Of a DNA stretch of 30,751 nucleotides, positions 24,702-30,751 are shown piece by piece. The position numbers were made by a program, and so were the translations under genes. The DNA is taken from positions 533-31,283 of the forward strand of contig CAYRYX010000001.1 in the NCBI GenBank assembly GCA_964428755.1, in the 5' to 3' direction. The stretch comes from an uncultured Bdellovibrionales bacterium (lineage in GTDB: Bacteria; Patescibacteriota; Minisyncoccia; Moranbacterales; UBA1568). Position 1 is the first letter of the stretch; each line of letters starts with the position of its first letter. Under the pieces are notes generated by a model, which did no database searches, was not told the DNA's origin, and was given only the letters and a program-made list of their open reading frames with translations.

Positions 24702-24806
24702 GATGTTTCCTTGGGTTGTGAAAGGACGAAACGGATCCTATTGAAAGGATGGAAAAATCTTGATTGAAATATGGCGTTTTGTCAATACCGGAAACAGTTG
24801 TTCTCA

Positions 24807-24853
24807 ATGACCGTCGTGTGCGCTCCCCGTTCGTTGATATGCATCTTTTCCAT
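24807..24853. repeat. 47-bp direct repeat, copy 2 (truncated gene start)
   Basis: Reads MEKMHINERGAHTTVIENNCFRY-stop on the - strand. Confidence 0.95.
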
Positions 24854-24870
24854 GCGGGTGATGTAGTTCC

Positions 24871-24941
24871 TTTCACTCCCCTCATTCTCTCAAAATTGCT
24901 CGAAAATGGGAAAGGGTTGGAGGGTGTCTTCGAAAGAATCA
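24871..24941. repeat. 71-bp direct repeat, copy 1
   Basis: 67/71 identical to 29289-29359. Confidence 0.95.
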
Positions 24942-24965
24942 GACTAATTCTTTCTTCACGATAAT

Positions 24966-25448
24966 CTACAGTATCCGCGCAACGACCTTGATATAGTTGT
25001 CGCTAAGCTCGTGATCCGTATCGGGCACCAGGATATCGCCTGGCTCGTCCTCCCGATCACCGTAGAGCACTGTCTGTTTCTTGGCACGGTGTTCCGGCGC
25101 GAGGTTGTCGACAATATCTTTAATAAATTTTGATCCTGCCAGATCGACCAGTGCCTTCTTGATCTTGTGATCGGTGAAACTGTAATGAGGAGTCATGGAT
25201 GCCAGGATGACGTGGCGACAAGGATGCTGCTGCGCCGTAAGCCACCCGAGAATCGCGCCAAGTGAGAAACCGAAAACAACGGCGTCCTTGTGTACGGGAA
25301 ATACCTGCGGTGACAGAGGCTTCTTCCAATCGACATTATTGAATACGACCTCGTACCCTTTTTTTCTCGCGACATCCGCCAATTTCCTGTACGCCTTTCG
25401 GCGACAGGTGTCTTCCCATCCCGGGATGATATGGAGAATCTTTTTCAT
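24966..25448 (-). CDS. minimal alpha/beta hydrolase
   Basis: HIIPGW oxyanion region, GFSLG nucleophile elbow, GDRED, TDHEL. Confidence 0.75.
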   Translation of the reverse strand: MKKILHIIPGWEDTCRRKAYRKLADVARKKGYEVVFNNVDWKKPLSPQVFPVHKDAVVFGFSLGAILGWLTAQQHPCRHVILASMTPHYSFTDHKIKKALVDLAGSKFIKDIVDNLAPEHRAKKQTVLYGDREDEPGDILVPDTDHELSDNYIKVVARIL

Positions 25449-25488
25449 GGTTGCGAGCAGAAAAGATGGCGAGCACCTTTTCTATAAA

Positions 25489-25520
25489 TGCTGCGGCTAT
25501 GGGACGAAGTGGGAACGTAT
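25489..25520. repeat. 32-bp direct repeat, copy 1 (att-like)
   Basis: tgctgcggctatgggacgaagtgggaacgtat, 28/32 identical to 28549-28580. Confidence 0.85.
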
Positions 25521-25553
25521 CTATTCTATCATACCGTGGGGGAAAGCCATCCA

Positions 25554-25583
25554 TTGACACGGGAAACAGATTCCTGGTATCGT
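25554..25583 (+). promoter_or_regulatory. probable promoter for the second M23 gene
   Basis: TTGACA-18 bp-TATCGT with extended TG. Confidence 0.45.
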
Positions 25584-25686
25584 TCCCCTGTCCCTTAACA
25601 ATGAAAGGAGTCCATCTTCTCCATCAAATCGAAGGAAAGCAACACCCCTCGTGCTGTTTTTTTTTGTCTTCTCCAAGGAGTCTGAA

Positions 25687-26913
25687 ATGAAGAATGCTAT
25701 CTTGGCACCACTCTTTTTCCTGCTGATACTCTTTTCCGGAAAGTCGTCGGCATCAATGGTCGAACCGGAAGCCGTCCCCTACGCCTACAATGGAAACACG
25801 TATACCAGCGTGATTGCGACGTTCTGCGCCTCAATCGGATACACGAACCACCTGTATTGCACCGGGGACGTGTACGCCGGAACGAACGACGATACGAGTT
25901 TTTCCTATCGTTGCGGAAAAGATTTGGAATACAACCATATGCTCGTCCACACCTACGATCCCGACGGCATCAAGGTCTATGATCAGGAAATGGGAAGTTG
26001 GTGGACTTTCTTCTCTTCCGGAAATACCTGCTCGGGATTTTCTGAAAGCACCCTTCTTACCAGTGAGCCTATCTATTACCAGCCGGTCTACGGTGAGTAC
26101 CCGACTGATACGGTACGCTTTGCTGCAAACTGGAGTTTGCCGCCCGACACGCCGTTTGGATTTCCGCTGCAAACGACGTGCAGCGGCGACCCTTGTACGG
26201 CTTACACGGCGGAAGTGTCGTCAGTGATGGATCAGTCGACGCTGGGGACAGGAGCGACGTACGAGTCCGGAGAAGACGGAGAAGTTGAGAGTTTCGAGGG
26301 AGAAATCGGGGATGTCGGCCCATATGCCAACAGTACATGTTACGCCAAATTCGACAGTTCTGCGTTCGGATCAAGCATAACTTACGTTGGCACAACGGGC
26401 ACGGGCAACGGATACTACCTGTGCTACAATAGCCATCCTGGCTACGACTATCCCGCCCCTCTACAGGAAGGAGAACGCATTGATATCAACGCGCCAGAAA
26501 GTGGAACCCTGTGCATTGCCACAACCGCTACCGAACCGGATGACCCTCCCGTGCTGTGGCGTGACACGACACGTTGTCCGCACGCGACAGCTGGTGGTAC
26601 GTCCTGGTCTGGCTACCACACTTTCTATATCATCCATGATGGATTGCAGATGAATGGAGTGGCAGGCAAGTACATGACGGTATTCCTGCACAACGACAGT
26701 CTGTCGAGCACCGTGCAAAGCGCCATTGAACAGAATGGCTACGCGGAGGTTTCGAAAGGTGACTTCATTGCCAAAGCAGGAGGATGGGGACCAAGTGGAG
26801 CAAATCACTATTCCTTGCACATGCATTTTGAGGTATATAAATGGAATGGCAGCAGCTGGGACCGCGTCGATCCATACGGGGATGGCGCGAACAACATCCT
26901 ATGGGCACATTGA
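25687..26913 (+). CDS. secreted Cys-rich protein with C-terminal M23 peptidase domain
   Basis: Signal peptide MKNAILAPLFFLLILFSGKSSA; HPGYD (HxxxD), FLHND, HMHFEV, VDPYG. Confidence 0.82.
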   Translation: MKNAILAPLFFLLILFSGKSSASMVEPEAVPYAYNGNTYTSVIATFCASIGYTNHLYCTGDVYAGTNDDTSFSYRCGKDLEYNHMLVHTYDPDGIKVYDQEMGSWWTFFSSGNTCSGFSESTLLTSEPIYYQPVYGEYPTDTVRFAANWSLPPDTPFGFPLQTTCSGDPCTAYTAEVSSVMDQSTLGTGATYESGEDGEVESFEGEIGDVGPYANSTCYAKFDSSAFGSSITYVGTTGTGNGYYLCYNSHPGYDYPAPLQEGERIDINAPESGTLCIATTATEPDDPPVLWRDTTRCPHATAGGTSWSGYHTFYIIHDGLQMNGVAGKYMTVFLHNDSLSSTVQSAIEQNGYAEVSKGDFIAKAGGWGPSGANHYSLHMHFEVYKWNGSSWDRVDPYGDGANNILWAH

Positions 26914-26941
26914 TTGTTGAATGGCGGCAACGACCGTAAAC

Positions 26942-26977
26942 AAAATCGTCTCTCCAGATGCCTGGAGAGACGATTTT
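26942..26977. terminator. bidirectional intrinsic terminator
   Basis: aaaatcgtctctccag-atgc-ctggagagacgatttt, 16-bp perfect stem between convergent genes. Confidence 0.85.
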
Positions 26978-27175
26978 TCTTATTATATCAAATAAGAGAC
27001 GGCTACTTAAGAAATTTAAAAGTGGAAAGGAAGCTGCCAAAAGTCTGATCAGAAACATTTTTCATATCGTCCTGTCCTCTCTCATACAGCCACACGAAGG
27101 CTCCCGCCGTAATAGCGATGATGACGAGGATTATGGTTCCTGGTAAGGCGGGGATTTTTAGATTGGCCATTTTTT

Positions 27176-28468
27176 TTAAAATGCATTATATAGAAAAGCA
27201 TTATCAATTATAAGTCTCAATTCCTTTGTCTTGGGATATAATCGCCAAATCGTAGGAGATTGGTGACCGATCGAAGAATAATTTACTTTATACAAAGAAA
27301 AAATCAAAGAATTATCAGGTAACCACTTATGTTCTGCAATAAAAGACTTTGTTCCTATGTTCATATCTGGAAATAGTGATGAAATCGTATACGAATCACC
27401 ATTATTTCTATCTCGCAATGTTAAATCATAATCAATACTTACTGTATTAATAGCGCCTGATGGATATATAAAAAAATTCTTATCTGGAGACAATTCAATA
27501 AATCCATACCAATTGAGTTGATTTGGAATAAAAACTTCATTTTCTTTATTTGTGCCTAATCTATTTTTAACAATCGTAACATCACCAGTTTTTTGTAATC
27601 CCCTGGGATAAATAATTGTTGAATTATCAAGCCAATCAGCAAAGAAAACATATCCATCATTGAATGGTTTGCTTACTTCTGATGATGAAATATCTACCAA
27701 CCGAAAAGCGTATGCGTTGGAAATCAAAATCTGATCATCGTTCGGTGACCATTTTATGATTTTAAAACTGGCATACGGGCCGCTATTTAGAAAAGTTTTT
27801 TTTACTTCTAAAGAATCATTTACTTTTTCAAGAAGTACCAATTTTTGTCCCATGACTGCGGCCGCGATTTTATCACCATTGTTTGACCATTGAAAATTTG
27901 TTATGCTTGTCGGCAACGAAAATACTTGTTGCTGCTCCGAATTCATATCCATCAAACATAAATCATACTTTGGTTCGATGGCTTGATTTGGAAGATTATT
28001 TTGATTATTTGCTTCAGCTATTTTCTGTAGCGTAACTTCTGAAAGACACAGGTAAGCTATGGTGTTATAAGCCGGATCTATTTCAGGACGTGAATAAAAA
28101 TTTTCATCAAAATTTGCTTCAATTTGAGGGCAGCCAGATCGAAAACAATCATTGTAATTATACCTAGTTGATACGTGGTTTGTTATTTGTTTTATTGAGT
28201 CTTTTTTTGATAGATCTAATAACCAAACATTACCATCTCTTACAAATGTCATTAGTGGTTTATCTTTAAAACGTTGTGTTATTTGATTCGTTCTGTCTTG
28301 CTCATTATTTTGTTTTAATTGACTGCTGATAGAGTTCTCTTGAATGGTTGTATTTTGAATTTCTAGTTGACCTTTTTCATACACCCACACAAATACACAA
28401 ACCGTCACTGCGATAGTAACAAGGATTATTGTCCCCGCCAGCGTCCCAACTTGTTCATTGAATTTCAT
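27176..28468 (-). CDS. membrane-anchored TolB/WD40-like beta-propeller protein in an AT-rich segment
   Basis: N-terminal TM; repeated WSxD/LSPD/WLPD blade motifs; visibly much more AT-rich than the flanks. Confidence 0.8.
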   Translation of the reverse strand: MKFNEQVGTLAGTIILVTIAVTVCVFVWVYEKGQLEIQNTTIQENSISSQLKQNNEQDRTNQITQRFKDKPLMTFVRDGNVWLLDLSKKDSIKQITNHVSTRYNYNDCFRSGCPQIEANFDENFYSRPEIDPAYNTIAYLCLSEVTLQKIAEANNQNNLPNQAIEPKYDLCLMDMNSEQQQVFSLPTSITNFQWSNNGDKIAAAVMGQKLVLLEKVNDSLEVKKTFLNSGPYASFKIIKWSPNDDQILISNAYAFRLVDISSSEVSKPFNDGYVFFADWLDNSTIIYPRGLQKTGDVTIVKNRLGTNKENEVFIPNQLNWYGFIELSPDKNFFIYPSGAINTVSIDYDLTLRDRNNGDSYTISSLFPDMNIGTKSFIAEHKWLPDNSLIFSLYKVNYSSIGHQSPTIWRLYPKTKELRLIIDNAFLYNAF

Positions 28469-28524
28469 AGGATTTCATTTTTTCTTACACGACAAATATT
28501 ATCATGAAAGCAAGTAATAAAAAA

Positions 28525-28540
28525 CCGCCTCGAAAGGCGG
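28525..28540 (-). terminator. intrinsic terminator
   Basis: ccgcct-ttcg-aggcgg followed by a T-run on the - strand. Confidence 0.7.
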
Positions 28541-28548
28541 AATTTATG

Positions 28549-28580
28549 TGCTGAGGCTCTGGGACGAAGTTGGAACATAT
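28549..28580. repeat. 32-bp direct repeat, copy 2 (att-like)
   Basis: tgctgaggctctgggacgaagttggaacatat. Confidence 0.85.
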
Positions 28581-28597
28581 TTTATGTAAAAGTTTCT

Positions 28598-29248
28598 TTA
28601 GTTGAAACTCAGCGACTGTATGATAGTTTGACCTATAGGTAAATTTTTCCACTCACTATCCATCATATCACCTGGAAGACGTTGAATGATCCAGAGTATC
28701 GTTTCATCAGACAAAGATATTGCGTAGGCATAATCTATTACGCCGCCATTCCCTGATTCTTTGCCGAGGTAGACTCGGTGGCCATTGATAGTTGTTTCAA
28801 GAGTTTGTATTATTTCTCCTGGGGCAGCTCCACCCACGAGATACTCATAAAGTTCTTGAGGAGCTTTGTATCCTTCAAATACGCCCATGCTCATCCAGAA
28901 GTTTTCTGTCGGAAAGTTTTTTGATCCCAACGTTATTCCTCTTTCCCCTCCAGCATCTGAGTATGATGAACTTAGGCCAAGCTCTAAATCATTCGGATAT
29001 CGAAATTGAAAACCATATTTCTTATCGGTGTACACTTTCCAGCTTTTAGTATCAATATTATTGTCTTGGACAGAAAAAAATTCTTCTTCACTGATCTTTC
29101 CCTCGCTTTGAACTATTGGGAATGAAAAAGAGACAGAGTCGATTTCATGATTAACGCGTTCAATTTTTCGAATAAGAAACAGCGAAGCAGCAGCGGCAAT
29201 AGTCGTGAGAAATATAAAAGCGATAAAAGGTCGAATCGTTTGTTGCAT
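28598..29248 (-). CDS. membrane-anchored PsbP-like hypothetical protein
   Basis: N-terminal TM; DTKSWKVYTDKKYGFQFRYP motif typical of PsbP-like surface proteins. Confidence 0.75.
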   Translation of the reverse strand: MQQTIRPFIAFIFLTTIAAAASLFLIRKIERVNHEIDSVSFSFPIVQSEGKISEEEFFSVQDNNIDTKSWKVYTDKKYGFQFRYPNDLELGLSSSYSDAGGERGITLGSKNFPTENFWMSMGVFEGYKAPQELYEYLVGGAAPGEIIQTLETTINGHRVYLGKESGNGGVIDYAYAISLSDETILWIIQRLPGDMMDSEWKNLPIGQTIIQSLSFN

Positions 29249-29288
29249 AGATTTATTTGCTGGGACGGAAGGTCATTTCATCGAACGA

Positions 29289-29359
29289 TTTCACTCCTCT
29301 CATTCTCTCAAAATTGCTGGAAAATGGGAATGAGTTGGAGGGTGTCTTCGAAAGAATCA
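29289..29359. repeat. 71-bp direct repeat, copy 2
   Basis: Begins, on the - strand, at the methyltransferase TGA stop. Confidence 0.95.
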
Positions 29360-29887
29360 CGCGGCTGGTTTCTTTGCGATGATCCACACTTCATGGAATG
29401 TATGCGGTCCGAGTTTGCGATGCATTCCATCATAGGAGGACGTCTCCTGTTTGACGATTTCCAAACCACCGAGCGCCCCGACTATTTCTTCGGCCGTATA
29501 TTTTGTCGGAACATCCAGTGTTTCTTCCGGGGAAAACGTAAAGATCTCCAATACTCCGCCAGGATTCAATGCATCACGAAGACGCGGAAGAAGTTTTCCG
29601 AGTGCGTACTCCTTCGGGAGAAACTGGATACTGTGCTGAGCGATGATGATGTCGTACGTTCCTGTCGGATTCCAGTCCTTGAGATCCGCTGAAACGTAGT
29701 TGATATTTTCGATATCTTGAAGTGGCGCCGGAGTTTCCTTTTCGATGTCGACTGCTTCCGCTTTCAACCCGCGTGCGGCGGCATAGAGAGAAACTAATCC
29801 CTGACCGCAGCCGAGATCAAGAAACTTTTTCGCGCCAGGGTTGAGTTTGAACAGGTGCGGATATGAATACAGCATACGGTATATCAT
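29357..29887 (-). CDS. class I SAM-dependent methyltransferase (TehB-like)
   Basis: FLDLGCGQG motif I, AVDI, YDIII, LNPGG; start may be 29875. Confidence 0.9.
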   Translation of the reverse strand: MIYRMLYSYPHLFKLNPGAKKFLDLGCGQGLVSLYAAARGLKAEAVDIEKETPAPLQDIENINYVSADLKDWNPTGTYDIIIAQHSIQFLPKEYALGKLLPRLRDALNPGGVLEIFTFSPEETLDVPTKYTAEEIVGALGGLEIVKQETSSYDGMHRKLGPHTFHEVWIIAKKPAA

Positions 29888-29900
29888 GTAAAAAATAAGT

Positions 29901-29931
29901 CGCCCTCCTGGTAGTGTAACCCAGGAGGGCG
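29901..29931 (-). terminator. intrinsic terminator
   Basis: cgccctcctgg/ccaggagggcg 11-bp stem followed by a T-rich tail on the - strand. Confidence 0.7.
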
Positions 29932-29969
29932 GTTTGTGAAAGGCTTTTTAGCTCTTTCGGAACAGCGTG

Positions 29970-30491
29970 CTATTGCGTCGCTTCCCGGCCAAGCGTCAAT
30001 TTGGCATCGACGCCGAGGTTGCTTTTGCAATTGCAGGTGCAACCCTTGTTGGTGCAGGAACAGCTGCCGGCGTTGGCAAGAGACGGCTCGGGCCACGCGA
30101 ACTCGTCGAGCGGACCAAAGAGCTGCTCGGCAAATGCCTTGGTGCGGGTGTAGCCTTCGAGCTCCGGCTTGTCGGACGGCGTGTGGTCGATGAATTCGCC
30201 GTTGAAGTCGTTGCAGAAAAAGCGATAGTGCACGGTATGGCAAATGAATTCATGCCACATGTCGTCAACGACCTTCGAAGGCGAACACGGCTCTTGCGAG
30301 ACCATGGCCACGTACAGGAAGCGCTTCATTTCCATGAACACAGCGCTGGCTTGGTCGAGGCTCATGCCGTATTTCTCGGCGAACCTTGCACAAAGACCAT
30401 GATGCTGATACTCTCCGATCCGACGCCACGCGTTCAGATCATGGGAAGGCACCCCTTGTTGCTGGGGAATTACTTCGCTACTCGTTTGCAT
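29970..30491 (-). CDS. glycine-rich-domain (GRDP)-like protein with Cys-rich tail
   Basis: EMKRFL...PSKVVDDMWHEFICHTVHYRFFC...FIDHTP family pattern; tail CSCTNKGCTCNC; GAGGAG RBS before ATG 30491. Confidence 0.75.
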   Translation of the reverse strand: MQTSSEVIPQQQGVPSHDLNAWRRIGEYQHHGLCARFAEKYGMSLDQASAVFMEMKRFLYVAMVSQEPCSPSKVVDDMWHEFICHTVHYRFFCNDFNGEFIDHTPSDKPELEGYTRTKAFAEQLFGPLDEFAWPEPSLANAGSCSCTNKGCTCNCKSNLGVDAKLTLGREATQ

Positions 30492-30573
30492 AAAAGAACT
30501 CCTCTTCGAGAAAAATATCAATGGGCCCATTGATATTGAGACAGAAGGACTCTCGTTCTTCAAGCCTCAAGAC

Positions 30574-30602
30574 ATCATAACCGGAATGCGATCTGCTGTC
30601 AA
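30574..30602 (-). promoter_or_regulatory. sigma70 promoter
   Basis: TTGACA-17 bp-TATGAT on the - strand. Confidence 0.7.
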
Positions 30603-30644
30603 TAGGAATCCGTGTTCGATCCCTACTATCCCTATACGAAAAAA

Positions 30645-30662
30645 GAGGCTCCGGAGAGCCTC
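30645..30662 (-). terminator. terminator of the tRNA gene
   Basis: gaggctc/gagcctc stem followed by 6 T on the - strand. Confidence 0.75.
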
Positions 30663-30672
30663 GATTTCAATG

Positions 30673-30745
30673 CTGGGGAGGTAGGGATCGAACCTACGGA
30701 ATGCCGCGTCCAGAGCGCGGTGCCTTACCACTTGGCTACTCCCCA
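30673..30745 (-). tRNA. tRNA-Gln (anticodon CTG), CCA not encoded
   Basis: Cloverleaf: acceptor TGGGGAG/CTCCCCA, D-stem GCC/GGC, anticodon stem CCGCG-CTCTGGA-CGCGG, T-arm GTAGG-TTCGATC-CCTAC. Confidence 0.97.
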
Positions 30746-30751
30746 AAATCA

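Noticed and set aside
24871-24941. 71-bp repeat as an integron attC site or conserved structured RNA
   Set aside because: No RYYYAAC/GTTRRRY boxes; differences between the copies weaken rather than compensate the possible stem.
26958-27146. 62-aa + strand ORF
   Set aside because: Starts inside a bidirectional terminator hairpin; no RBS or motif.

Overview
About 30.7 kb of bacterial chromosome. The protein repertoire (LamG, PsbP-like and single-TM surface proteins, a stand-alone PemK toxin, short coiled-coil orphans) suggests a Patescibacteria/CPR genome, possibly Moranbacteria-like; this is inference only. Left arm (1-13.5 kb, almost all + strand): 2',3'-cyclic phosphodiesterase, WecB/TagA glycosyltransferase, gltX, M23 peptidase, gnd-[PemK/MazF]-pgl, and a frameshifted, mosaic LamG surface protein flanked by REP/RPE-like palindromes and small coiled-coil genes. 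At 13.55-14.34 kb, a noncoding gap between convergent genes contains palindromes with Xer/dif-like arms. Middle: GGDEF protein, PD-(D/E)XK nuclease, C39-like peptidase, two small Zn-finger ORFs, then pseudouridine synthase, ABC-F and HI0933 flavoprotein. Right arm (22-30.7 kb, mostly - strand): a variable region downstream of tRNA-Gln(CTG), built from three pairs of direct repeats (47, 71 and 32 bp) with no integrase in the window. Best candidates for undescribed biology: (1) a PemK/MazF toxin with no protein antitoxin, faced by a perfect-consensus antisense sigma70 promoter and a structured small RNA; (2) the nested direct-repeat cassette region; (3) RPE-like palindromes, one inserted in frame in pgl, around an apparently module-swapped LamG adhesin. 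No CRISPR array, rRNA, integrase or transposase was seen. All family calls are from motif recognition, not database searches.
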